A DNA stretch of 26,351 nucleotides from Archangium sp. (GTDB taxonomy: Bacteria; Myxococcota; Myxococcia; Myxococcales; Myxococcaceae), in contig JANLPS010000126.1 in the NCBI GenBank assembly GCA_031367385.1, forward strand, positions 1 to 26,351, in the 5' to 3' direction. Within the stretch, counting starts at the first letter, position 1. Every line of letters begins with the position of its first letter. Shown here one piece after another: positions 1 to 12,010 of the stretch. Position numbers and translations under genes: made by a program. Below the pieces are notes generated by a model that searched no databases, was not told the origin of the DNA, and saw only the letters and a program-made list of their open reading frames with translations.

Positions 1-2112
1 GGCCTGTGGGACCCGTGGGAGGGCCACTACGGTGAGGTCGCGCGCGAGATGATTCAGCGCAACGACTACGTGCACCCCTTCTGGGAGAACGCCTGGTTCT
101 TCTCGAAGCCTGCCTTCACGATGTGGATGCAGGCGCTGGGCATGCAAGCCGCTTCAGGCGGGCCGCTGTTCGCGGTGGTGCTCGGGCTGCTGCTGCTCGC
201 CGGCGCGGGCTACCTCTGGTTCAAGGTGTCGAACCGCGGTGAAAACGTGAAGGCCGAGTTTCAAGCCTCGCTGCTCGCCGTGCCCGGAGTCGTCTTCAGC
301 TTGCTGGGCTTGATGGGCCTCACCGTGAAGCTCCCGTGGAAGTTCGCGGAGAGCGCTGGAGGTGACGGCGCGATACCCCTCTTCAATGAGTGGGGCTTTC
401 GGCTGCCCTTCGCCACCTTTGCCATTCTCGCGGTCGCGCTGCTCACCTACGCGCTCAGCCGCACCGTGAGCCCGCGCACCGGCTTCGCGACGGCGTTGGT
501 GCTGCTGACGATGCCGCTGTATTTTCTCGAGGCCCGCCAGGCCATCACCGACATGCCGATCATCGCGGCGACGGTGGCTGGCATCGCGTGCGCCATCGTC
601 GGGCTGTACGACGCCGAGACGACCCATCGCAGCGAGTGGTGGTACGCCTCGTGGGTTTTCTTCGCGATCGCGACGCTGGCCAAAGAGCTGCTCGGCTTCG
701 GCGTGCCGATGGTCGTCTTTCTCGTGTACGTCGGGCTCTGCCGCATGCCCTGGTCGTGGAAGGCCATCAAAGAGCACGGCCTGTGGGTCAAGCTGTATGC
801 GACCCGGCCCCTGCTCGTCGGCGTGCTGACCGGCGCGGTCGCGGGCGTCGTCGCGTATTCAATCGGCAAGAGCCGCGGCACCAACTTCATGGCGTTGCCG
901 GTGATCAACAACGTGCCGTTGATCAGCGCTCCGGGCTGGTTGGGCATCATGTGGGGCTGCTTGGTTTTCTGGGCGGTCACCACCTTCATGATGGGCCGCA
1001 TCAAGTCGTTGCCGGGCAAGCCGCCCGAGCTGTGGCAGATTTGCTACGACGCCCGTCTGGGCACCGGCATCTTGGTGTTCTTGGCGGTGTGCCTGCCCTG
1101 GTACTACGAGATGTTCACCTTCTGGCGGCTCGACGACGAGTCGAAGCTGTTCTGGTTTCGGGTGATCATTCACGACAACTTCGGGCGCTTGGCGTCGGGC
1201 GTTCACACCACCACGCCGGGTGGCAATTTCACCTACTTCATCGAGCAAGGCGGGTACGCCATGTTCCCCTGGGTTGCGCTGGTGCCTGGCGCGCTGGCCA
1301 CCGTCGCCCGCTTCAAGATTCGCGGCGGCAAGTCGGCTGACTTCGTGGGCGTGATCGCGGTCATCTGGTTCACCGTGACCTGGGCGCTCATCGGCGCGTC
1401 GGCGACCAAGTTTCACCACTACGTCTTCCCGATGCTGCCGCCGCTGGCGATTCTGATGGGCATGTTCATCGACAAGCTGTGGTCTGAAGGGCTCGAGCCG
1501 CATGGCATGGCCCTGCTGCTCGGAGTGCCCATCTTCTTGCTCGTCGGCAAAGACATCTCGGGCGAGCCGAAGAACTTCACCGACCTGTTCGTCTACAACT
1601 ACGACCGCCCGTACCCGAACTTCTTGGTCGACCGGCCGGTGTTGGGCGGCAACAGCTTGAAGCAGCTGTGGGCGCTGGGCTTCTTCTTCGTCGGCGCATT
1701 GCTGGCGTTGTTCGCGTTCATGCGCGCGAAGGCCTCGTTCTTCACCACGGCGCTGGCGGGCATCATGGTGTGGGCGCTGTGGTTCAATTGGTCACACTGG
1801 GTCGATCTCTCGCACAACTGGACGCAGCGAGATCAATTCTGGCGCTACTACACGAACCGAAAACCCGGAGAGCCGATCGCGGCCTTCTTGATGAACTGGC
1901 GCGGAGAGACCTTCTACTCGCGCAACACCATCAAGCAGATCAAAGACAACGCGAACGTGGGCATGGCGCAGTACGCGCAGCTGCCAGGCCGCAAGTGGGC
2001 GCTGGTCGAGCACAACCGCCTGGGCATTCTCAAAGGCGCCGTCGGCGAGCACAACGTCACCGTCATCGACAAAGACCTGAACAACAAGTTCGTTCTCGTT
2101 ACGATCGATTAG
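1..2112 (+). CDS. ArnT/PMT-like (GT39/GT83, GT-C fold) integral membrane glycosyltransferase, 5'-truncated by the window edge
   Basis: The frame is open from base 1 (GLWDPWEGHYGEVAREMIQRNDY), matching the ArnT-family D-x-x-E-x-x-Y...AREM motif. Also SKP, ARQAITDMP, ATLAK, LPWY, KFHHYVFP and many hydrophobic helices. The true start is upstream of the window, not at 49. Confidence 0.85.
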   Translation, partial: GLWDPWEGHYGEVAREMIQRNDYVHPFWENAWFFSKPAFTMWMQALGMQAASGGPLFAVVLGLLLLAGAGYLWFKVSNRGENVKAEFQASLLAVPGVVFSLLGLMGLTVKLPWKFAESAGGDGAIPLFNEWGFRLPFATFAILAVALLTYALSRTVSPRTGFATALVLLTMPLYFLEARQAITDMPIIAATVAGIACAIVGLYDAETTHRSEWWYASWVFFAIATLAKELLGFGVPMVVFLVYVGLCRMPWSWKAIKEHGLWVKLYATRPLLVGVLTGAVAGVVAYSIGKSRGTNFMALPVINNVPLISAPGWLGIMWGCLVFWAVTTFMMGRIKSLPGKPPELWQICYDARLGTGILVFLAVCLPWYYEMFTFWRLDDESKLFWFRVIIHDNFGRLASGVHTTTPGGNFTYFIEQGGYAMFPWVALVPGALATVARFKIRGGKSADFVGVIAVIWFTVTWALIGASATKFHHYVFPMLPPLAILMGMFIDKLWSEGLEPHGMALLLGVPIFLLVGKDISGEPKNFTDLFVYNYDRPYPNFLVDRPVLGGNSLKQLWALGFFFVGALLALFAFMRAKASFFTTALAGIMVWALWFNWSHWVDLSHNWTQRDQFWRYYTNRKPGEPIAAFLMNWRGETFYSRNTIKQIKDNANVGMAQYAQLPGRKWALVEHNRLGILKGAVGEHNVTVIDKDLNNKFVLVTID

Positions 2113-3050
2113 TGACTGGGTCTGCAGCTGGCATTCGGGTCGAGGGGCTGGCCAAGCGCTTCGGCAACCGCACGGCGGTCGAGGGGCTGAGCTTCGAGGT
2201 CGCTCCGGGTGAGGTCTTTGGTCTGCTCGGGCCCAACGGCGCGGGCAAGACCACCACCGTGCGCATGCTCACCGGCTTGCTGCGACCCAGCGAGGGCCGC
2301 GGCGAAGTGGGCGGGGTCGCCCTGCCCCTGGTCGACGACGGCAGCGCCCTGCGCCAACGCGTCGGCTTGCTCACCGAGCAACCCGGGCTCTACGACCGCT
2401 TGTCCGCGCGCGAAAACCTGCGCTTCTTCATGCGCTTGCACGAGGTCGACGAGAAGAAGGCCTTCGTGTTGGCCAACCGCTACCTCGAGCGCTTCGGGCT
2501 GACTGGCCGTGAAGACGAGCCCGTCGGCGGGTTCAGCAAGGGCATGCGGCAGAAGCTCGCCATCGTGCGCACGCTGATTCACGAGCCGCAGGTCATCTTT
2601 CTCGACGAGCCCACCTCGGGTCTCGACCCTCAGTCGGCGCGGGTGGTTCGCGATGCGGTGGCCGAGCTCGCGGCCGAGGGTCGAACGTTGGTGCTGTGCT
2701 CGCACAACCTGGCCGAGGTCGAGCGGCTGTGCACGCGGGTCGCGGTGATCAAGAACCGGCTGCGCTCGGTGGCCTCGCTCACCGACTTGCGCAAGGCCGG
2801 TCACGCCCTCGAGATTCGAGTCGACGGCCCGGCCTCGGCGTGGCTGCCGACGTTGGCCGCCCTGCCCTTCGCGCCTCCCAGCACCAACGAGGGCTCGGTG
2901 CTCAAGGTGATGTTGACGCTCGATGCGCAAGCCCCCGACGTGGTGCAGGCCCTGGTGACCGCCGGAGCCCGCGTGCACTCAGTCGTTCGCGCCGCACGGC
3001 CCCTCGAAGAGGCGTACCTCGAGCTGGTTCGAGAGGAAGACACCGAATGA
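2112..3050 (+). CDS. ABC transporter ATP-binding protein (ABC-2/DrrA-like exporter)
   Basis: Walker A GPNGAGKTT, signature FSKGMRQK, Walker B IFLDEP, H-loop CSH. The in-frame GTG at 2112 overlaps the upstream TAG. Confidence 0.93.
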   Translation: MTGSAAGIRVEGLAKRFGNRTAVEGLSFEVAPGEVFGLLGPNGAGKTTTVRMLTGLLRPSEGRGEVGGVALPLVDDGSALRQRVGLLTEQPGLYDRLSARENLRFFMRLHEVDEKKAFVLANRYLERFGLTGREDEPVGGFSKGMRQKLAIVRTLIHEPQVIFLDEPTSGLDPQSARVVRDAVAELAAEGRTLVLCSHNLAEVERLCTRVAVIKNRLRSVASLTDLRKAGHALEIRVDGPASAWLPTLAALPFAPPSTNEGSVLKVMLTLDAQAPDVVQALVTAGARVHSVVRAARPLEEAYLELVREEDTE

Positions 3051-3847
3051 GCAGCTTTCACCTGGCCCGCGCGCTCGCCGTGTTGTGGAAAGACTTTCTC
3101 GACCTGAAGAAGAACCGCGGCCTGCTGTACTCGATGGCCGCGCTGCCAATCGTGATCGTGGTGATGCCCATCGGCGTGGTCTACGCGTACGTCTCGCGCC
3201 CCGACGACGGTAACCTGAAGGTGATGGCGCAGTATTACGACACCGCGGTGCAGGGCAGCGACGCGGTGCACTTTCTGGTCGAGAAGGTGCTCAACGATTG
3301 GTTCGTCATCTACTTGGTGATGCCCATCTTCATCCCCATCTTGATTTCGTCGCATGCGGTGGCGGGTGAGAAAGAGAAGCGCACGCTCGAGCCGTTGCTG
3401 TCGTCTCCGGTGACTCCGCTCGAGCTGGTCGTGGGCAAGAGCCTGGCCTCGCTCGCGCCGGCGGTGGCCATCTGCGTGATGGCGTTCGTCTTGTTGTGCA
3501 TCGGCGTCGACCTGGTGGCAGCCCCGCTGGGCCAGGGGTTGATTCTGCCCAACGGCATGTGGCTGTTCGGAGTGTTCGTCATCGCGCCGCTGTTCGCGTT
3601 CTTCGGCAACGGCATCGCGGTGCTGATCAGCGCGCGGGTCGGTGACGCGCGAACGGCTCAGCAGATGTCGGGGCTCTTGGTGCTGCCGCTGATTGGCCTG
3701 GCCGCGGGGCAGTTCGGCGGGTGGCTCAAAGCCGGAGTCGCCTACTACGCGCTCATCGGCGCCTTCGTGCTGGTGCTCGACATCGGCATTTTGCTCGCGG
3801 CCCGCCGGCTGTTCGACCGCGAGCGGTTGATGTCACGCTGGGGCTGA
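3047..3847 (+). CDS. ABC-2 type transporter permease
   Basis: ATGA overlap with the ATPase stop; about six TM segments; AGEKEKRTLEPLLSSP motif typical of ABC-2 permeases. Confidence 0.92.
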   Translation: MSSFHLARALAVLWKDFLDLKKNRGLLYSMAALPIVIVVMPIGVVYAYVSRPDDGNLKVMAQYYDTAVQGSDAVHFLVEKVLNDWFVIYLVMPIFIPILISSHAVAGEKEKRTLEPLLSSPVTPLELVVGKSLASLAPAVAICVMAFVLLCIGVDLVAAPLGQGLILPNGMWLFGVFVIAPLFAFFGNGIAVLISARVGDARTAQQMSGLLVLPLIGLAAGQFGGWLKAGVAYYALIGAFVLVLDIGILLAARRLFDRERLMSRWG

Positions 3848-3948
3848 GCCCCAACCCATTGAATCGACGCGCATTTTTGGGGCCACGCAACTCTCTGCGT
3901 CGGCGACTGACAACTCCAGTGTGCACGTCGCACGAGGAGAGCATCGAT

Positions 3949-4794
3949 ATGGTCGCGCTGGTTGGGTTTGCGAAGGCGAAGTTGGCGGTTCCCGCGGTTC
4001 AAACGGTCTTGTTTCGCTCGCCCGAGTGGGTGCGCGCCGCGCCGAATGCGCAAAAGTCGCTCGCGCTCGTCAATGACCTCGTGCCCCCTGAGCTGCGGGC
4101 CGACCCGATTTACCACATCTTGGGCAAGCCCTTAGACGACCCGAAGTTCATCGGCTTCGACGCAAACACGCGCGCGGTGCTCGGGGTGTTCACCGATTTG
4201 AAGAGCACTGTCGAACGCCAAGCGGCCAGCTATGGCCTCAAGGTCGACGGCACCTCAGCGGGGCTCGGCAAGGAGCAATCTGGTACGACACCAGACCAGC
4301 TCGTGCGAGCCCTGCGGGCGGTGATCGGGAAGAAGAGCGTCGGCCGCATTCTCGACGACGCGGCGAAAAAGACCGCGCCGTTTCAGCCTGAGCTCGCCAG
4401 GGCCTTGACCGAATCGGCGAAGACCTTTCGCGGCCTCTACGACGAAAAGGGCGCAGTCGCTGACAGCCGGCTTCGCGCGGCCCTCAACTTGAAAGAGGTC
4501 GAGTACCCTCAGCTGCCGAAGCTCCCTCAGCCGACGGCGCAAGAGCTCGCGGCGAGGTCGTCAACGTACGAGCAGAACCTCCAGACCCGGGCATCGAAAG
4601 CCTTCGACACCGCCGGCTACGCAGGCCCGGAGTGGAACGGCAAGAAGGCCTTCTACCTCGACCCGCCCGGCACCAAACGCCCGTGGGATTATCAGCCCCT
4701 CATCTACCTGACTCGTGAAGAGTTCATCGCGCGCGAAGTGCCGAAGCTCCGCGAAGCCGACAAGCGCCCCGTGAACAGCGGCGGCTTTTTCTAG
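3949..4794 (+). CDS. Hypothetical protein (281 aa)
   Basis: ATG at 3949 preceded by GAGGAG (3934-3939); protein-like composition; no recognised motif. Confidence 0.75.
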   Translation: MVALVGFAKAKLAVPAVQTVLFRSPEWVRAAPNAQKSLALVNDLVPPELRADPIYHILGKPLDDPKFIGFDANTRAVLGVFTDLKSTVERQAASYGLKVDGTSAGLGKEQSGTTPDQLVRALRAVIGKKSVGRILDDAAKKTAPFQPELARALTESAKTFRGLYDEKGAVADSRLRAALNLKEVEYPQLPKLPQPTAQELAARSSTYEQNLQTRASKAFDTAGYAGPEWNGKKAFYLDPPGTKRPWDYQPLIYLTREEFIAREVPKLREADKRPVNSGGFF

Positions 4795-5150
4795 AGCGCG
4801 AACTGGCGAGTGGCGAGGCTCACTTCGAACCAGGCGACACAGGCCTTCGATTGCGCTCGCGGCAGGCGGGCCAATCGGGGCGCCACTGCAGCCAACTGCG
4901 GCACTTCGGCGGTAGCCCACCAACGCCCCCAGCCCCTCGACCTGAGCGCCGCAATCAACCGCTCTGAGGCTGGGGCGTGCGCACAGCCAGCCAGAAAAAG
5001 CGCGACCCAGAGTGCTTGCCGCCCGGCAAATGCATCGACGGAGCGCCGAGTTTCAGGCGAAGGCGCTGATATTGCGGGAAGATCACAGCGACCCCGCTCG
5101 AGCCCCTCGGCACTCGCGTTGACCCCCCAGCTCGGTGTAGGCAGCCCCCC

Positions 5151-5912
5151 GTGCGCGGCCTTCGATTGGCGATGGTGTTTGGGCTGATCGGCTGCGGCAG
5201 CACCAGCTACGAAGAGCACGACCCCAGCTTGGTGCATGTCGATGCCGGCCATGATGCTGGCGTGCTCGCTTCGAAAGACGCGGGCGCGGTCATCAAAACC
5301 GACGCTGGCAGCACGGCCGCCTTCGACGCGGGCACGACCTCGGTAATGACCGACGCGGGCGCTCTCGACGCGGGCCAACTGCCGGGTGGTGGCTGCACTG
5401 CCCTCAATTGCTCGGGCTGCTGCTCGAGCGGCAAGTGCGAGACCGGCCAAACCGCGGCCAGCTGCGGCAAGAATGGAGTCGCCTGTACCGCCTGCATGGG
5501 CACCGACCGTTGCGGCAGCGCTCAGGCCTGCGAGCTCGACCCGACCGGTGTCTGGCTGGTGCAACCCACCGCTGCCGTGCTCACCGACGACGCGTGGGAC
5601 CTGACCTCAAACCCCGACACCCGGCTGACGCTCTGGTGCCCCGCGAACCGCTCGATGCCCAACGGCAGCAGCCCCGAGGTCGACGAGACCTACACCCCCA
5701 CGTGGACGACCGGAGGCTGCACCGGCACCGCCGCCGACCTGCTCTCGGCCGGCTTTGGCTTCACCGCCACCGAGGTCGACGTGCACGACGACGACGTCAT
5801 CTGCTCGTTCAAGACCATCGCCGTCACCGAAGCCGAGCTGCGCGCAGGCCGAATCGACGTTCCAGCGATGTGCGGGCTCAAATCGCTGACCGTCGCCCTG
5901 AAAAAGCAGTAG
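5151..5912 (+). CDS. Cys-rich lipoprotein with a C-terminal C2-like domain
   Basis: Signal peptide with lipobox LIGC; DAG-repeat linker; Cys cluster [15 protein letters not shown]...CTAC...C; acidic loops DAWD..PD and EVDVHDDD. Confidence 0.75.
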   Translation: MRGLRLAMVFGLIGCGSTSYEEHDPSLVHVDAGHDAGVLASKDAGAVIKTDAGSTAAFDAGTTSVMTDAGALDAGQLPGGGCTALNCSGCCSSGKCETGQTAASCGKNGVACTACMGTDRCGSAQACELDPTGVWLVQPTAAVLTDDAWDLTSNPDTRLTLWCPANRSMPNGSSPEVDETYTPTWTTGGCTGTAADLLSAGFGFTATEVDVHDDDVICSFKTIAVTEAELRAGRIDVPAMCGLKSLTVALKKQ

Positions 5913-6063
5913 CCCGAAGCGCACCCGAGACCACCCGATCTCGTGTTATCTCGCGAGGTTGAATGACCTGGTTGCGCGCAGGCTTTCGCGTTTTATCTTC
6001 GCGCGCTGCTCTTCACCTCTTTCGCCTGGCAACCAGGGCGCTGTTTCGACAGAAGGCATCATC

Positions 6064-8876
<2,813 letters not shown>

Positions 8877-8880
<4 letters not shown>

Positions 8881-9497
8881 AGCTGTTCTTTGCCCCAGGG
8901 TGCCCCTACGCGCACCGCTCACGAGCGATGTTGACGCTGCTTGAACACCCGTTCGAAGCCAAAGAGATCGACCTCTCCAACAAGCCAGCCGACTTCTTGG
9001 CGGTCTCGCCCACCGGGGCGGTGCCCTTGCTCGAAGACGATGGGTTCGTGCTCTACGAGTCGGCGGTGATCAACGAGTACCTGGCCGAGTCGCTCAAGTG
9101 GCAAGACGCGTTTTCAACCGACCTGAAGCAGCGCGCGCGAGAGCGGCTGGCGATGAAGCGCTTTGACGATGTGCTGGTGCCTGTCGCGTTCGAGAGCTTC
9201 AAGAACCCGGCGGTGCTTGAGGCCAAGCCGATGTGGCGCAAAGAAATCGAGCAGATCGCGAAGACGGTGAAGCACAGCAAGCCGCAGAGCTTGCTCGGGT
9301 TGCACATGGCCACGCACTGGCTGCGGGTGAGCTGGGCGTTTCCCGACAATGCGTTGGTCAAGGCCCTGGGCGAAGCGTGCGGCGAGTTCTTGAACGCCGC
9401 CGCGGCCCTGCCGTGCGTGGTGAAGACCAGCCCCGACAAGGCGATGACGGTACAGGGGCTGAAGGCCCGGTTCGGCCCTCCGGTAGCAGCGGTCTGA
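8877..9497 (+). CDS. Glutathione S-transferase family protein
   Basis: N-terminal thioredoxin-like GST domain: [30 protein letters not shown] overlap with the secA stop. Confidence 0.9.
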
Positions 9498-9537
9498 ACC
9501 TTCAAGGTTCAGAAATCTGAACCTCGAGGTTCAGATT
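9493..9537. repeat. Two tandem palindromes between the convergent GST and thrC genes (possible terminator or REP-like element)
   Basis: TCTGAACCTT-C-AAGGTTCAGA (9493-9513), followed by the perfect 24-bp palindrome AATCTGAACCTCGAGGTTCAGATT (9514-9537). Confidence 0.8.
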
Positions 9538-9580
9538 CGAGCGCCTGCCGTTCGTGGTGAGGGGCTCTCAAAATGAACCG

Positions 9581-10828
9581 TCACCTCGACAGCGCTGCCC
9601 TCAAGGCCGCATCGTTCGCCTCGAGCGGCGTCGCGTGCGAGGGGCGGCCCAACAGCTCGGCCAATGCCTTCGGCACCTCGACCTTGCGCCCGATCAGCGG
9701 CTCAACCACGGTGTCGAACTTCGCGGGGTGCGCGGTCGCGGCGACGACCCATTTTCCGGTCGCTCCCCCCGCGCGCAGCCTTCGCAGCACTTCGAGCCCG
9801 CACGCGGTGTGTGGGCAGACCGCCAGCGCCAGCTGATTCCACGTCGTGCGTATCGACTCGCGAATGCCCTCGTCGTCGACCCAATCGGCGGTGAACGGCA
9901 TGGTGGTGCCCTCGGGGTACCAGTACCGCAGCCGCTCCACGTTGCTCGGAGCGCCGACATCCATCGCGTTGGCCAACGTCGCCACGGTCGGCTTGGGCGC
10001 ATAGCGCCCCGTCGTCAGCAGCTCTGGCAGGGCTCGGTTCGCGTTCGTGGCCAGCACGATGCGCCCGATGTTCACGCCCATTCGTTTCGCCATCACGCAC
10101 GCCAATGCGTTGCCCAGGTTGCCGGTCGGCACCACGACGTTGATTTCTCCGAGCTCGTCGGCGGCCTTGGCGAAGTAGGCCATCTGCGGCAACAGCCGGC
10201 CCAGTGAAATGCTGTTCGCTGAGCCCAGCGTGAGTCGCTTCTGAAGCTCGGTGTCAGCGAAGGCCGCCTTCACCATGCGCTGACAATCATCGAAAGTGCC
10301 TTCGACGCGAAAGGCCTGAACGTTGTCGCCGAAGGCCCCCAGCTGGTGGGCCTGGCGCGGCGAGACCTTGCCGTCGGGGTACAGAATCACGACGCGAAAG
10401 TGGGGCCGCCCGTGAAAAGCCGCCGCGACCGCCGCTCCGGTGTCTCCCGAGGTCGCGACCAGAATCGTGGTGGGCTTGGTGCTCAGCCTCGCCAGACACT
10501 CGGCCAAGAATCGCGCGCCGAAGTCTTTGAACGCCGCGGTCGGCCCGTGAAAGAGCTCGAGCGTGTAGTCGCCGGGGTTGAGCGTTCGAATCGGTGCCTC
10601 GAACGTGAACGCCTCGTCGCACAGCTCTTCGACGTCGAGCCCGTCGCCCTCACCTTCGAAGTAGGGGCTGACCAGCTCAGCCGCGATGGCTGCGAGCGAC
10701 CCATTCTCACCGGGTGAAAAAGTCGGTACCGACTCTGGGACATAAAGGCCCCCATCTGGGGCCAGGCCCTGCGCGATGGCTTTCGAGAGCGTTACGCGGG
10801 TTTTGCCGCGTGTGCTGAGGCAGTGCAT
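9581..10828 (-). CDS. thrC: Threonine synthase
   Basis: GLAPDGGLYVP, PLP-lysine motif ELFHGPTAAFKDFG, ATSGDTG, SANSIS.GRL, VPTGNLGN, TAHPAKF. Confidence 0.97.
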   Translation of the reverse strand: MHCLSTRGKTRVTLSKAIAQGLAPDGGLYVPESVPTFSPGENGSLAAIAAELVSPYFEGEGDGLDVEELCDEAFTFEAPIRTLNPGDYTLELFHGPTAAFKDFGARFLAECLARLSTKPTTILVATSGDTGAAVAAAFHGRPHFRVVILYPDGKVSPRQAHQLGAFGDNVQAFRVEGTFDDCQRMVKAAFADTELQKRLTLGSANSISLGRLLPQMAYFAKAADELGEINVVVPTGNLGNALACVMAKRMGVNIGRIVLATNANRALPELLTTGRYAPKPTVATLANAMDVGAPSNVERLRYWYPEGTTMPFTADWVDDEGIRESIRTTWNQLALAVCPHTACGLEVLRRLRAGGATGKWVVAATAHPAKFDTVVEPLIGRKVEVPKALAELLGRPSHATPLEANDAALRAALSR

Positions 10829-10841
10829 GCCCCCCGAGTTA

Positions 10842-11141
10842 CTACTTCTTGGGTACGAAAGCGGCGAACGCTTCAGCGCTCGGTTCTTTCGGCGCGCTCT
10901 CGAGGTACTTCAACAGGTCGGGAAACTTGGCCTGGAGCGTGTCTTTGTAATTCGAGAAGCCGTTCAGGTTGAGGCCGCCTTCACTCGCCCCTAACTTGAG
11001 GGCCTCGAACTCCTTCACGATGGTCTTCAGCTCGTCGGTGTTGAAGCCGCCCTTCGAGAAGTCTTTGACCTTGTCAGCGGCAGCAGCAGCGCCGTTGTTC
11101 GGTACGAGACGGTTTGCCGACAGAAACGAATATTCGCCCAC
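10842..11141 (-). CDS. Hypothetical protein (99 aa)
   Basis: GTG start with upstream GGAG; fills the gap co-oriented with the thr genes; Lys/Glu-rich natural composition. Confidence 0.7.
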   Translation of the reverse strand: MGEYSFLSANRLVPNNGAAAAADKVKDFSKGGFNTDELKTIVKEFEALKLGASEGGLNLNGFSNYKDTLQAKFPDLLKYLESAPKEPSAEAFAAFVPKK

Positions 11142-11173
11142 GAAACGCTCCCTGGAAGAATTTCGACCGTAAC

Positions 11174-11476
11174 TTATTTCCGTTTCGCCGCCCAGCCCCC
11201 GACCTTGGGGATCACTGAAGCCGCCACCTGAATCAGCGCCAACCCTGCCGCTTGGCTCTTCTTCTGCTCTGACAAATATTGAGCGAAGAGCACGACGTCG
11301 CTGACCGCTGCGTGGAGCTGCTTGCCCTTGAGCAGTTGCAGTGCGGCTGTGAGCGGAGCAGTCACCCCCGCGTCGATGGTGATGCCACCCTTCACCTTCC
11401 GCATGTTTTGCAGAATGATTTCAAGTGGTTTTGGAGCAGCTTTCGCGACGACGGGCTTCGCCTTTTGCGCGGCCAT
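11174..11476 (-). CDS. Hypothetical basic helical protein (100 aa)
   Basis: ATG start; Lys/Ala-rich N-terminus; non-overlapping and co-oriented with its neighbours. Confidence 0.7.
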   Translation of the reverse strand: MAAQKAKPVVAKAAPKPLEIILQNMRKVKGGITIDAGVTAPLTAALQLLKGKQLHAAVSDVVLFAQYLSEQKKSQAAGLALIQVAASVIPKVGGWAAKRK

Positions 11477-11568
11477 GTGGGTGCCTTTTCAGCTCGGGAA
11501 ACGAGGGAAGCCGCAGCAGAGCGGCTTCTTTCTCGAGACTCAAGAAATCCGTCAGGCGCTGGCGCTTT

Positions 11569-11991
11569 TCAGCTGCCCCAATCGACCCCAGCCGCGTTTG
11601 GGTGCTCGCCTTGGCCGCTGTACGCCATCGCGAGCAGCTTGCCGGCTGCGTTGTAGAAGCCGATTTGGCTGCCGGTGTCGCTGATGTCGCCCCCGACGAT
11701 GAAGATTCTCTCACCGTTGAGCACCGCGACCTTCTTGAACGGAGGCCCGTCGTTGATCATGCCGGCTCGGCTGGTGTGCTCGTACTGGCGATACGCGGCG
11801 CGAGCTGAGACTGGCAGGCTCACCGCGTTCTTCTCGCCCCTGAAGATGTTGGAGTTCGACGCAGAGCCGCGATCTTTCTGAACGAACGCTTCGAAGGCGG
11901 CTTTGACGGCGGCCGTCTGCGACGCTTCGGTGGGCTTGTTGAGCTGTGCGACCGGGGCCGCGGGGCGAGACGAGAGTGGAGGAAGTGCCAT
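11569..11991 (-). CDS. Hypothetical protein (140 aa)
   Basis: ATG at 11991 (MALPPLSSRPAAP...) is the first ATG clear of thrB. Pro/Ala/Ser-rich N-terminus followed by a globular-looking region. Confidence 0.7.
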   Translation of the reverse strand: MALPPLSSRPAAPVAQLNKPTEASQTAAVKAAFEAFVQKDRGSASNSNIFRGEKNAVSLPVSARAAYRQYEHTSRAGMINDGPPFKKVAVLNGERIFIVGGDISDTGSQIGFYNAAGKLLAMAYSGQGEHPNAAGVDWGS

Positions 11992-12002
11992 GGTAACTGT
12001 TG

Positions 12003-12010
12003 TTATCGGC
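12003..12010 (-). promoter_or_regulatory. Candidate sigma-28 (FliA-type) -10 element
   Basis: Exact GCCGATAA on the minus strand, 11 nt upstream of ATG 11991. The -35 match is imperfect (GAAA rather than TAAA at 15-nt spacing). Confidence 0.4.

Noticed and set aside
1668..2111. N-terminal extensions given by the ORF track (ABC ATPase from 1668, permease from 2696, secA from 5959, CapA from 19002)
   Set aside because: They overlap upstream genes or spacers and lack family similarity; downstream starts fit better.
4791..5070. Small minus-strand lipoprotein (LWVALFLAGCAHAP...)
   Set aside because: No suitable in-frame start near the lipobox-like segment; the region is better explained as spacer.
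9537..9575. Decayed copy of the thrC tail (TCGAGCG...CGTG..GAGGGGC vs 9621-9645)
   Set aside because: Needs several gaps in under 30 nt; too weak to support by eye.
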